A DNA stretch of 64,000 nt from Pseudomonadota bacterium (GTDB lineage: Bacteria; Pseudomonadota; Gammaproteobacteria; JAKAQQ01): NCBI GenBank assembly GCA_027320085.1, contig DAHVLZ010000009.1, positions 128,001 to 192,000 of the forward strand. The letters run 5' to 3'. Each line of letters begins with the position of its first letter. Positions within the stretch are counted from its first letter, which is position 1. Below the pieces are notes generated by a model that was not told the origin of the DNA, did not search any database, and was given only the letters and a program-made list of their open reading frames with translations. The position numbers and the translations under genes were made by a program. Below are positions 29,547-41,612 of the stretch, in pieces.

Positions 29547-30512
29547 ATGAGGCAGTCCATGTGGTTTCGACGTCTGCTGGCCTTTTTCGCCCTGTTGGTC
29601 CCCTTGGTGCTGCTCGCTATTGCGGCTTTCCTGGTTTTCTACGCGTGGCCCGCCATCCATTACAACGGGCTGGATTTTCTCTGGCGGGATACCTGGAATA
29701 TCGGCAACCAGTACGCAAATCCCGTCCAGCGCCATGGCGAGACCGTCATGCCTGGAGCCCAGTTCGGCATTCTGTTTCTGGTGGCAGGAACCCTGGGCAG
29801 TGCCCTGATCGCTCTTCTCTTCGCTTTCCCCCTCGGTCTGGGTGCCGCCCTTTTCCTCAGTGAGGCGGTACCCCATCGCTTCGGCCATTTCGTCTCGTTC
29901 TTCGTCGAACTTCTGGCCGGGATACCATCCGTCGTCTTCGGACTTTGGGGCATCGTTTTCCTGATCCCTTTCCTGAGTCACCATGTCTTTCCCATCCTGG
30001 CCCGGATTTTCCACTTCATTCCGTTCCTGGCCCGGCCCATCGGTTCGGGTTATGGACTGCTCACCTCGAGTCTCGTGCTGTGCCTGATGATCGTCCCCTT
30101 CATCACGGCCACTCTGCGCGATGCGCTGCGCAGCCAGAGCACGGAGATGCGTGAAGCAGGGATCAGTCTCGGTGCCACCCGCTTCGAGGTGGCCACCCGG
30201 ATTCTCCTCCCGGGGCAGAAAACGGCCCTAGCGGGTGCCACCATGCTGGCTTTCGGTCGAGCCCTCGGCGAAACCATGGCCGTGCTCATGGTGAGCGGAA
30301 ATGCACTGAACTACCTGCCCCACAACGTCTACAGTCCGATCTCCACCATGGCAGCGTTTATTGTGGCCCAGTTGGACAGCGCGCTAGCCGACCCGACCGG
30401 CATGGCGGTGCGTTCGCTCGCAGAAATCGCCGTTCTTCTGCTGGTCATCTCCCTCATCACCAATGGGATAGCCCGGTTCCTGATTGGCATGCTCAAGGAA
30501 CACACACTATGA
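29547..30512 (+). CDS. pstC: Phosphate ABC transporter permease PstC
   Basis: ELLAGIPSVVFGLWG, EA..SLGATR.E, GRALGETMAV. Confidence 0.95.
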   Translation: MRQSMWFRRLLAFFALLVPLVLLAIAAFLVFYAWPAIHYNGLDFLWRDTWNIGNQYANPVQRHGETVMPGAQFGILFLVAGTLGSALIALLFAFPLGLGAALFLSEAVPHRFGHFVSFFVELLAGIPSVVFGLWGIVFLIPFLSHHVFPILARIFHFIPFLARPIGSGYGLLTSSLVLCLMIVPFITATLRDALRSQSTEMREAGISLGATRFEVATRILLPGQKTALAGATMLAFGRALGETMAVLMVSGNALNYLPHNVYSPISTMAAFIVAQLDSALADPTGMAVRSLAEIAVLLLVISLITNGIARFLIGMLKEHTL

Positions 30513-31393
30513 GCCAGGCCACAAGGGACCTCCCCCCCCGACCCTCATCCGGCTGGATCCGGTACCGACGCATCAAAAGCGCGATCGGCTGGTTTCTGGC
30601 CGGTACCGCCCTGGTCGCACTGTCGGTGGCCATGGTCCAGATCCTGCTCTACGTCTTCCTGAAAGGTTTCCACAGCCTGTCACCAAAAATTCTGGTCGAA
30701 AATACCGTGGGAGTCGGGGGGGGGCTCAAAAACGCGATCCTGGGTACGGCACTCCTGTCCGGTTCGGCCATGATCCTGTCCGCGCTGGTTGGAGTCGCGG
30801 CGGGTCTCTATCTCAGCGAGTTCGGCGAGGGCCGGCTCGGAACCCTGACCCGGTTTTTGAGCGATGTTCTGGTGGGCGTGCCCTCGATCGTGCTCGGATT
30901 CGTAGGTTATGTCACCCTCACCGTCTGGCTGCGCTGGCGGTTTTCCTTGGCCGCTGGTGCAATTACGCTCGCGGTGCTCATGTTGCCCTATATCGTCCGA
31001 AGTACCGAACTGGCGCTGCGTCGAGTCGCATCGGGCATCCGGGAGTCCGCCTACGCCTTGGGATGCCGTGACCACCAAGTTGTGTTCAAGGTCCTGCTCA
31101 AGGCTGCCGCACCAGGCATCGGGACTGGTATTCTCCTGGCGCTCGCAATTTCGGCCGGTGAAACCGCCCCACTGCTCTATACCGCAGGCTGGTCCAACTA
31201 CAGCTGGTCCGGGCACCTGATCCATGAACCCGTGGCCTACCTCACCTACGTTATCTGGAGCTTCATCGGCGAACCCTTCCATTCGGCCCATGCTCTGGCC
31301 TACGTCGCTGCTTTTCTGATCACCTTCATGATCCTTCTGATCAACCTCCTGGCCCGCTTCCTGATCGCCTCTTCGCCCCATTCCAACCGCTGA
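30509..31393 (+). CDS. pstA: Phosphate ABC transporter permease PstA
   Basis: GGL.NAILGT, GVPSIV.G, RESAYALG, AGETAPL. Confidence 0.95.
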   Translation: MSQATRDLPPRPSSGWIRYRRIKSAIGWFLAGTALVALSVAMVQILLYVFLKGFHSLSPKILVENTVGVGGGLKNAILGTALLSGSAMILSALVGVAAGLYLSEFGEGRLGTLTRFLSDVLVGVPSIVLGFVGYVTLTVWLRWRFSLAAGAITLAVLMLPYIVRSTELALRRVASGIRESAYALGCRDHQVVFKVLLKAAAPGIGTGILLALAISAGETAPLLYTAGWSNYSWSGHLIHEPVAYLTYVIWSFIGEPFHSAHALAYVAAFLITFMILLINLLARFLIASSPHSNR

Positions 31394-31432
31394 GGCCGGG
31401 TATAATGGGCGTTCTCCAGAGGGGGGATCGCC

Positions 31433-32617
31433 GTGTCTACGAACACCATGATTTTCAGTTCCGAGTCGGTTTCCGAGGGTCACCCCGACAAAGTCGCAGA
31501 CCAGATCTCGGACGCGATTCTCGATACCCTGATTGCCCAGGATCCCCGCAGCCGGGTGGCTTGTGAAACCCTTGTAAAGACCGGGGTGGCCATTATCGCT
31601 GGAGAAATTTCGACCCAAGCCTGGGTCGATCTCGATGAGCTGGTCCGCCAGGTCATCACCGGAATCGGCTACACCAGTTCCGAAGTCGGGTTCGATGGGG
31701 CCACCTGCGGCGTTATTTCCCTGATCGGGAAACAGTCCGGCGATATCGCCCAAGGTGTGGACCGGGAGACACCCGAAGCCCAAGGGGCAGGTGACCAGGG
31801 CATCATGTTCGGTTATGCCACGGACGAAACGGACGTCTTCATGCCCGCCCCGATCACTTTTGCACACCGTCTCATGCGCCGGCAGTCCGAACTCAGGCGG
31901 TCAGGAGCACTGCCTTGGCTGAGACCCGACGCCAAAAGCCAAGTCAGCCTTTACTACGCGGATGGCGTCCCCCAGTATTGCACCGCAATTGTGGTCTCCA
32001 CCCAGCACGACCCGGACGTTTCGAATGAGGACCTGAGACAAGCGGTCCAGGAACTCATTATCAAGCCGACCCTGCCTGCCGAGTGGATCCGCAAGGAAAC
32101 CCGGATTCTCATCAATCCGACCGGCCGCTTCGTGACCGGGGGTCCCGCGGGAGACTGCGGACTTACGGGACGCAAAATCATCGTCGACACCTACGGAGGG
32201 ATGGCCCGGCACGGCGGCGGCGCCTTTTCCGGCAAGGATCCTTCCAAGGTAGACCGGTCGGCCGCTTACGCGGCCCGGCATGTCGCCAAGAACATCGTCG
32301 CTGCGGGACTTGCCCGGCGTTGCGAAGTCCAGCTGTCCTATGCAATCGGGGTGGCCGAACCGGTGTCCATCGCAGTCGAAACCTTCGGTACGGGACTCGT
32401 TCAGAATACCCGCCTTGTGGAGCTGGTCAGGAAGCATTTTGATCTCACCCCTAACGGAATCATCAGGGAACTGGACCTGATTCGCCCGATCTATCAAAAA
32501 ACGGCCGCCTATGGACATTTTGGCCGAATGGAACCGGAGTTCACTTGGGAGCACCTTGACCAGGTTGAAGCCCTGAAAGATGCGGCGGATGTTCGCCGCG
32601 TCCAGCGCATCCGCTAA
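31433..32617 (+). CDS. metK: S-adenosylmethionine synthetase
   Basis: [42 protein letters not shown]; TATAAT at 31401 upstream. Confidence 0.98.
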   Translation: MSTNTMIFSSESVSEGHPDKVADQISDAILDTLIAQDPRSRVACETLVKTGVAIIAGEISTQAWVDLDELVRQVITGIGYTSSEVGFDGATCGVISLIGKQSGDIAQGVDRETPEAQGAGDQGIMFGYATDETDVFMPAPITFAHRLMRRQSELRRSGALPWLRPDAKSQVSLYYADGVPQYCTAIVVSTQHDPDVSNEDLRQAVQELIIKPTLPAEWIRKETRILINPTGRFVTGGPAGDCGLTGRKIIVDTYGGMARHGGGAFSGKDPSKVDRSAAYAARHVAKNIVAAGLARRCEVQLSYAIGVAEPVSIAVETFGTGLVQNTRLVELVRKHFDLTPNGIIRELDLIRPIYQKTAAYGHFGRMEPEFTWEHLDQVEALKDAADVRRVQRIR

Positions 32618-32628
32618 GGAGGACCTCG

Positions 32629-34071
32629 ATGTCATCCGCCACACGCCCACGGAGTGCCACACCCGTCACCGAAACGTCCGTACAGGATTTCCGCATCCGT
32701 GACTTGGCACTTGCCCCCTGGGGCCGCCGAGAAATCTCCATCGCCGAGCATGAAATGCCCGGACTCATGGCGCTGCGACAGGAATACGCGGGGCGACTGC
32801 CCCTCCAAGGTGCCCGTATTGCGGGCTGTCTCCACCTCACAATCGAAACGGCAGTTCTCATCGAGACGCTGATCGCCTTGGGCGCCCAGGTGCGCTGGGC
32901 ATCCTGCAACATCTTTTCCACTGAAGACCACGCTGCGGCGGCCCTTGCTGCCCGTGGCATTCCGGTTTTCGCCCATAAAGGTGAAACGCTTGAGGAATAC
33001 TGGGAAGCCGTGGCCGAGCTGTTCGAGTGGCCGGATGGGAAAGGACCGAACCTGATCTTGGACGATGGAGGGGACGCCACACTCTACCTGGTACTCGGCT
33101 CCCGCGCGGAAGAACGCCCGGCGGCATTGGACCACCCGCAGAATCCGGAGGAGGCCGCTCTGCATACGAGCCTTCGCAAAAGGCTCGGCACTAAACCGGG
33201 ATTTTTCAGTTCGCGACTAGCTGAGGTCCGCGGGGTGAGTGAGGAAACCACGACCGGGGTTCACCGCCTCTATGACCTTGAGCGCCGCGGAGAACTTCCC
33301 TTCCCAGCGTTCAACGTGAACGACTCGGTGACCAAGTCCAAGTTCGATAATCTTTATGGCTGCCGCGAATCGCTTATTGATGGCATCAAACGGGCCACCG
33401 ATCTCATGATCGCCGGCAAGATTGCACTGGTACTCGGCTACGGCGAGGTCGGAAAGGGCTGTGCGCAGGCCCTGCGGGGTCTGGGTGCCACAGTTTGGGT
33501 GACGGAAATCGACCCCATTTGTGCACTACAAGCCGCCATGGAAGGGTTCCGAGTGGTCCGGATCGAGGAGGTCGTGGAGAGTGTGGACCTCTTCGTCACG
33601 GCCACCGGCAACATGCGCGTCATCAACCATGATCACCTCTTGCGTATGAAGCACCGGGCTGTCGTTTGCAACATTGGCCACTTTGATTCGGAAATCGATG
33701 TCGCCTCTCTCCGGCAATATTCTTGGACCTCTATCAAGCCCCAGGTCGACCTGGTGCGCCTGCCCGACGGCCGGGAACTTATCCTGCTCGCTGAAGGACG
33801 TCTCGTTAATCTAGGTTGTGCGACCGGTCATCCGAGCTTCGTGATGTCGGCCTCGTTCACCAACCAAGTGCTCGCACAACTGGCTCTATGGGAACAAGAT
33901 CTCCGGTCAGACCGGCGGGTACGGATCCTACCCAAAGCCCTTGACGAAAAAGTGGCTCGTCTCCACCTGGAGCGGCTGGGAGCAAGACTCACGGTGCTGA
34001 CCCCGGAACAGGAACGCTATCTCGGACTGCCCAAGGATGGACCGTTCAAGCCGGATCACTACCGCTACTGA
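32629..34071 (+). CDS. ahcY: Adenosylhomocysteinase
   Basis: [57 protein letters not shown]. Confidence 0.98.
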   Translation: MSSATRPRSATPVTETSVQDFRIRDLALAPWGRREISIAEHEMPGLMALRQEYAGRLPLQGARIAGCLHLTIETAVLIETLIALGAQVRWASCNIFSTEDHAAAALAARGIPVFAHKGETLEEYWEAVAELFEWPDGKGPNLILDDGGDATLYLVLGSRAEERPAALDHPQNPEEAALHTSLRKRLGTKPGFFSSRLAEVRGVSEETTTGVHRLYDLERRGELPFPAFNVNDSVTKSKFDNLYGCRESLIDGIKRATDLMIAGKIALVLGYGEVGKGCAQALRGLGATVWVTEIDPICALQAAMEGFRVVRIEEVVESVDLFVTATGNMRVINHDHLLRMKHRAVVCNIGHFDSEIDVASLRQYSWTSIKPQVDLVRLPDGRELILLAEGRLVNLGCATGHPSFVMSASFTNQVLAQLALWEQDLRSDRRVRILPKALDEKVARLHLERLGARLTVLTPEQERYLGLPKDGPFKPDHYRY

Positions 34072-34090
34072 GTCAACCGACCCCTTATTT

Positions 34091-34870
34091 TCAGCGCTGG
34101 AGCCGTCGATAGGCGACGGCTGTGGCGATGCCGTATCCGGCAATTCCATAGACGACCAGAACGGCAACATGGGCAAAAACATCATGGGGGAACCGCCCGG
34201 TCAAAAGCGGGCGAATGAGTTCGATCGCGTGGGTCAGTGGGAGCAGCCGGGCGACCCGAACCACCGGGGATGGCAAGGCACTCAGCGGGAAAAACACGCC
34301 GGAAACCAATAGCAACGGAGTCAACAGCAGAATCATGTAGTAGACAAAAAAATCATAACTCCGTGCCAGAACCGTCATGATCATGGCCATCGCGCCAAAA
34401 GCGAAACCCACTAGAAAAATCACTGGCAAAGCCCAGAGAATCATGGCTCCCGACCAGAGCCGGAGCACGAAACCCACGATGAGAATGGCCAGAGCATTGA
34501 TGAGACCCTTGGTCGCAGCCCAGCTCACCTCCCCGAGAATGACATCGGCCGGCTCGAGCGGCGCGCTGAGGATCGCCTCCCAGGTTTTCTGCATTTCCAT
34601 GCGGGTATAGGCTGAATAGAGGGCTTCGAAGCTCGCCGCATTCATGGCGCTGGAACAGACGATCCCGGTCGCCAGAAAGACCAGATAGGGCAGATGATCC
34701 ATGGTTTTCACAAACTGTCCGAACCCGTAACCGAAGGCAAGCAAGTAGAGCAAGGGTTCTCCGAAGTTGGCGATCAGGGATGGGATCCAAAGCTTCCGCC
34801 AGACCAGGAAGTTGCGCATCCAGACCGCACTGAACCCCCGGCTTGGCAACCGGCGCCACAGCCCGTTCAT
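34091..34870 (-). CDS. nodJ: ABC-2 exporter permease, NodJ-like
   Basis: VW.RNFLVWRK, EP.LYL..FGYG, FE..YS.Y.RM..QKTW. Confidence 0.8.
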   Translation of the reverse strand: MNGLWRRLPSRGFSAVWMRNFLVWRKLWIPSLIANFGEPLLYLLAFGYGFGQFVKTMDHLPYLVFLATGIVCSSAMNAASFEALYSAYTRMEMQKTWEAILSAPLEPADVILGEVSWAATKGLINALAILIVGFVLRLWSGAMILWALPVIFLVGFAFGAMAMIMTVLARSYDFFVYYMILLLTPLLLVSGVFFPLSALPSPVVRVARLLPLTHAIELIRPLLTGRFPHDVFAHVAVLVVYGIAGYGIATAVAYRRLQR

Positions 34871-35790
34871 TCGCGCAATCCACGGCCGGTCAAATGTAGG
34901 AAACAGTCCTCCAGGTTGCTTGGGCGCTCTAGGTAACGGGCGATTCCCAGGCGATCAACCAGGGAGGTGAGATATTCACGTTCGCTCGAATAAACCAGAG
35001 TGAGTGCCCCGACCGCTTCCACCTGACAGCGTTCGTGATCAAGCAGCGTACGATCCTTGAGAGGCTCCCGAATTTCGAGGACATGGCGTGGGAGAAACCG
35101 ATCAACCAAGGCGCGTGGCGTGTCCTCCGCCTGGATGCGTCCCCTGTCCATGATGGCGACTCGGTCACAGAGACGCTCCGCTTCCTCCATGTAGTGGGTA
35201 CTCAAAATGAGGGTCCGGCCTGCGGCCCGGAGTTCCTCCAGCCGGTTCCAGAGGTGTTGACGGGCATGCGGGTCGAGGCCCGTGGTTGGCTCATCCAAGA
35301 TCACAAGGTCCGGATCCTGGATGAGTGCACGCACCAGGGTCAGGCGGCGCTTGGTGCCACCCGACAACTCGCGTATGGGGCTCCGGAGCCGTTCCGACAG
35401 TTCGGCAAACTCGAGAAGCGAACGGATACGGTCGCGTATGGCAGCAGGCCGCAGCCCAAAATAGCGGGCATAGACTTCGAGGTTTTCCTCGACTGTGAAA
35501 TCGGGATCCAGATTGTCCGCCTGCGGAACCACGCCGATGCGGCGCCGGGCAAATCGTGCCTGCTCGGGGACCGGCAAACCCAGAACATGGATTGCCCCCG
35601 CCGAGGGTTGGGTCAGGCCCAAGAGTAGTCGCAGCGTCGTTGTTTTTCCTGCACCGTTGGGGCCCAGAAGGCCGAAACACTCGCCCCGTGCCACAGACAG
35701 GTCCAGTCCGTCAACGGCCGGGCGGCCCCGGTAACGCTTGACCAATCCTTCGATCTGGACAGCAGCACCCACGTTTTCCTTGGATTCCAT
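34867..35790 (-). CDS. nodI: ABC-2 exporter ATPase, NodI-like
   Basis: GECFGLLGPNGAGKTT, VVPQ.DNLDPDFTV.ENL, DEPTTGLDP, THYMEEAERLCDR. Confidence 0.82.
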   Translation of the reverse strand: MESKENVGAAVQIEGLVKRYRGRPAVDGLDLSVARGECFGLLGPNGAGKTTTLRLLLGLTQPSAGAIHVLGLPVPEQARFARRRIGVVPQADNLDPDFTVEENLEVYARYFGLRPAAIRDRIRSLLEFAELSERLRSPIRELSGGTKRRLTLVRALIQDPDLVILDEPTTGLDPHARQHLWNRLEELRAAGRTLILSTHYMEEAERLCDRVAIMDRGRIQAEDTPRALVDRFLPRHVLEIREPLKDRTLLDHERCQVEAVGALTLVYSSEREYLTSLVDRLGIARYLERPSNLEDCFLHLTGRGLRE

Positions 35791-35792
35791 TT

Positions 35793-35927
35793 TCAGCGGG
35801 TCGTCCTCTTGTGGCCACTGCGTTTGGCCTGACCTCGGGCAACAGCAGGTGGATGATGCGGTCGTGTGACCCCGTAGCTACCCCGCCAGATTTTGCCCCG
35901 GAAACTCCGCTTGTCACCCTTGCCCAT
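35793..35927 (-). CDS. thx: 30S ribosomal protein THX (bTHX)
   Basis: MGKGDKRSFRGKIWRGSYGVTRP matches the THX signature; AGGGGG SD. Confidence 0.9.
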   Translation of the reverse strand: MGKGDKRSFRGKIWRGSYGVTRPHHPPAVARGQAKRSGHKRTTR

Positions 35928-36243
35928 GGTCAACCCCCCTAAATGAGGGTCATTGTATCGGAAAGCGGAAATCACATCGACGCATTCGCCAATACGGCAA
36001 TCCAGCGGTCAGTCTCGATGAAAAATCCGGTTTGCGGCACCCGACCATTCGTCATATCAAAACAAAAATCCCTCAATGTGAACCACCGGGAGATTCTTCA
36101 AATCGTCGCTGCGGTCTGTAAAGTCAGTCGCAGTGACAATGCGGTCGCGAGTATCCTCCGGCGCCGAAATGTTGCCGAACGGAGAGCTCGGTTTTCTCCT
36201 GCAGGAAGCAACGAGTGGAGTGTTCTGTGGGAAAATCCCGGAA

Positions 36244-36897
36244 TCAGAGCACGGGCCAGACGAGAAAGATCAGTCCGAGAAGCACAATAAATCCGCCGCT
36301 CAGCACCTCCCCATAACGCTCAAACGCATGCGTTCGGACCTGATGCAGGCCACGGGCCGCATAAACGCACATGACGACATACGTCAGGATCGTGCTCGCC
36401 GCAAAAACCCCGGCCATGACACCGAGAAGCCAGACCCCATACCGGCCTGCTGCAAAAAAGGCCGGAAGCCCTTCGATCATGGGCGAAGAGCCCAAAACCA
36501 GGATGAGCGCCATGGCCCGTGAACGGGCGGGTGGTGAAAAATCGCTGAGGGTCTTTGTCCGATCCGCTCTGCCCGGGCTCGCAAGCTCGCGCCAAGCGGA
36601 AAACATCATCCACCCTCCAAACAGGACAAGTCCCAGACTGGAGATGCGCGAGACAAGGGTTCCATACTGTCGCGCGACGGCAACACCAGCAATCCACATG
36701 ACAAAACCGATGAGCAGAGTCGACACAACATGGCCCGCCCCCGCACCGAGAGCCACCCGGACGAGTTTCCGGGCGGGCCATTGTTCCTGGCGTGCCAGCA
36801 ACACGATCGGAGCCCAGTGATCGGGCACCACGGTATGCAGGATGCCGACCAAGGCAACGGCTCCGATTAAGAAGAAGGGCAGGTTAATATGCACCAC
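36244..36897 (-). CDS. NiCoT/RcnA-like nickel/cobalt transporter-family membrane protein
   Basis: GILHTVVPDHW, GAGHV.ST, LGSSPMIE; about 6 TMs; start uncertain. Confidence 0.65.
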   Translation of the reverse strand: MVHINLPFFLIGAVALVGILHTVVPDHWAPIVLLARQEQWPARKLVRVALGAGAGHVVSTLLIGFVMWIAGVAVARQYGTLVSRISSLGLVLFGGWMMFSAWRELASPGRADRTKTLSDFSPPARSRAMALILVLGSSPMIEGLPAFFAAGRYGVWLLGVMAGVFAASTILTYVVMCVYAARGLHQVRTHAFERYGEVLSGGFIVLLGLIFLVWPVL

Positions 36898-36969
36898 TGC
36901 ACCCCAGTGAGTGGATGGATTCCTAATGATCGCACAAGCAGAACCCGTGGATTCTGCTCCGTACGCCTC

Positions 36970-36998
36970 TTGACAGCGCCCACCAATCCGGGTATTGT
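36970..36998 (+). promoter_or_regulatory. Sigma70 promoter of the met leader/operon
   Basis: TTGACA (36970-36975), 17 bp spacer, TATTGT (36993-36998). Confidence 0.8.
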
Positions 36999-37006
36999 CG
37001 CCCTCC

Positions 37007-37117
37007 ATGTTTTACCAATCCACCCACCCAACCGCACGACGTCGTCCCACCGGACGGCTCATGTGTTGCTGCTTGATGCGGCAGTGGTGCGGTGTTGAGG
37101 TTTTGCGGTCGATGTAA
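37007..37117 (+). CDS. Putative Cys/Met-rich attenuator leader peptide (36 aa; alternative start 37061 gives 18 aa)
   Basis: MFYQSTHPTARRRPTGRLMCCCLMRQWCGVEVLRSM*; sits between the promoter and terminator upstream of metY. Confidence 0.7.
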   Translation: MFYQSTHPTARRRPTGRLMCCCLMRQWCGVEVLRSM

Positions 37118-39638
<2,521 letters not shown>

Positions 39639-39660
<22 letters not shown>

Positions 39661-40772
39661 TTGTATCACGCTTCCAGCCGGACCCCTCCGGCGGTGCGGT
39701 TCCGGTGACCCTCGGAGTCTTTGGTCATACCGGGCAGGTTGGCCGGGTCTTGATCCAGATGCTCACGGCATCCACTCCTGGAACTAATCCCCCGAAATGG
39801 GTGTTCGGATTCCTGGCCAACCGGCGTAATATCCTCTGGCCCGCCGAGGACACCACATTTCCTGAAAACCGCCAAGGTGATGACTTTATTTTCATCCTGG
39901 AGCGTTTCCTGCGAACCCCAGGACCCAAAATTCTGATCGACTGCACGGCCGATGAATCGCTGCCAAAGCTTTACCCGTACCTTCTCGCCCGCGACATTCC
40001 GGTCGTCACACCGAACAAGCACGCGTTCAGTGGGCCCCAGTCTTTCTACAACGAGCTGAAACGTCAGAATGGGAGCCTTGGGATCTGCCACTATGAAACC
40101 ACGGTCGGTGCGGCACTGCCCATCTTGTCGACAATCCGGGCACTCCGCGAGAGTGGTGATCGGATCCGGAAGTTCGAGGCAGCCCTATCGGGAACCTGGT
40201 CGTATATTCTCCATCAACTCCATCAAGGCCTACCGTTCGCGCAAACAGTCCGTCGGGCCCGGGATCTGGGAATGACCGAGCCGCATCCCCAAGCAGATCT
40301 CGCCGGGATGGATCTCCATCGCAAGACACTCATTCTTATGCGGGAAGCGGGGTACCAGATTGAACCGGACGACGTGCCGCTACCCCGTTGGATTCCAGGT
40401 GTGACGTTCAGACCAGGGCTTGACCGGGAGCTCTTTTTAAATGATCTTGTAAGACAGGATCCACTCTGGTCTGCGGCCATCCAAGAGACCCGAAAACGGA
40501 GGGAGAAACTGGTTCTCCTGATCCGGTTTGACGACCACCAAGGCGCGACGCTCGGTCTCGTTTCCCTACCAGCGGGAAATGCCTTTGCCGAACTGAGACC
40601 CGCAGAAAACCGATTGGAAATCTGGACCGATCGCTACCACAGCATTCCGCTTTCAATCGCCGGCCCGGGGGCAGGAGCTGAAATCACAGCCTTTGGCCTC
40701 TTCCAGGAATTGTTGCGAGTCATTGCCCGGATCCATCAAGTCCATCGCGATCTGTCCTCCTGCGCACCGTGA
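39639..40772 (+). CDS. hom: Homoserine dehydrogenase (stand-alone, MetL/ThrA-type domain)
   Basis: IDCTA, VVTPNK, YETTVGAALP, SGT.SY, TEPHP..DL.G.D..RK, GPGAG.E.TA. Confidence 0.88.
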
Positions 40773-40816
40773 AAAGCCGGCCTACCAATCCCGGGTGGCG
40801 ATGTCGTCGAGGCCAC

Positions 40817-41575
40817 TCATTGACACTTGGAGTCCCCACAGTTCAGACAGGTCATACAGCCATCCATCATCACGACTGCAGCCGTACTGCACTTCGTGCA
40901 CAGCTGGGCTCCCACGGGAAAATTAGACTGGGCAAAGGCGTCCTGCTGCTGGCGGGCGGCCTCGAACTCGGCGCGCTTTTCCGCAATCAATCTCTGTTGG
41001 GCTTCATCGGGCTCTTCCTTCCGCATGAGGCCGATACTCACCAGATGTTTCTCGATGACGTCGCCAATCTCTGCGATGAGCGAAGGCATGAACCGACCGC
41101 CGGGTTTCCAATATCCCCCACGGGGATCAAAAACCGCCTTGAGTTCCTCGACCATAAAGGTCACATCGCCCCCCTTTCTAAATACGGCACTGATGATCCG
41201 TGTCAACGCCACAATCCACTGGTAGTGATCCAGGTTCTTGGAATTGATGAAAATCTCGAATGGACGACGTTGCTCGTAGGGAGTACCCTCGTTGAGCACG
41301 ATGTCATTGATTGTGATGTACATCGCGTGATCAGAGACCGGGGTCTTGACCTTGTAGGTTGAGCCCAGCAGCAGATCCGGGCGCTCGAGCTTCTCATGCA
41401 TCCGGATCACTTCTCCCTTGGGTCGCCGTTCGGGGATATGCCCCTCACTGGGCCTGGCTGGCGCGTTGGCTATCTCGGGCATGGCTCCGTGGTTTCGGCC
41501 GGTCGAGACTTGGGAGCCCTCTTCCGGCTTTTGCACCGCGTACTGGGTGATCTTTTTTTCAATCTTGATTGTCAT
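40817..41575 (-). CDS. nrdJb: Class II ribonucleotide reductase accessory subunit NrdJb (TSCPD domain)
   Basis: MHEKLERP..L.GSTYK.KTP, PFEIFINSKN, C-terminal CTKC...C.TC..CG.SKC. Confidence 0.92.
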   Translation of the reverse strand: MTIKIEKKITQYAVQKPEEGSQVSTGRNHGAMPEIANAPARPSEGHIPERRPKGEVIRMHEKLERPDLLLGSTYKVKTPVSDHAMYITINDIVLNEGTPYEQRRPFEIFINSKNLDHYQWIVALTRIISAVFRKGGDVTFMVEELKAVFDPRGGYWKPGGRFMPSLIAEIGDVIEKHLVSIGLMRKEEPDEAQQRLIAEKRAEFEAARQQQDAFAQSNFPVGAQLCTKCSTAAVVMMDGCMTCLNCGDSKCQ

Positions 41576-41612
41576 GAGCATTTCGCCATCAGAATGGGTT
41601 GCGTTTGGGGAT

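Noticed and set aside
32618-32628. SAH or SAM riboswitch for metK-ahcY
   Set aside because: Only 11 nt separate metK and ahcY and 39 nt precede metK; no room and no consensus.
32820-32935. AhcY motif variants ([14 protein letters not shown])
   Set aside because: Conservative substitutions with the catalytic His/Asp/Glu/Lys motifs intact; not enough to propose altered function.
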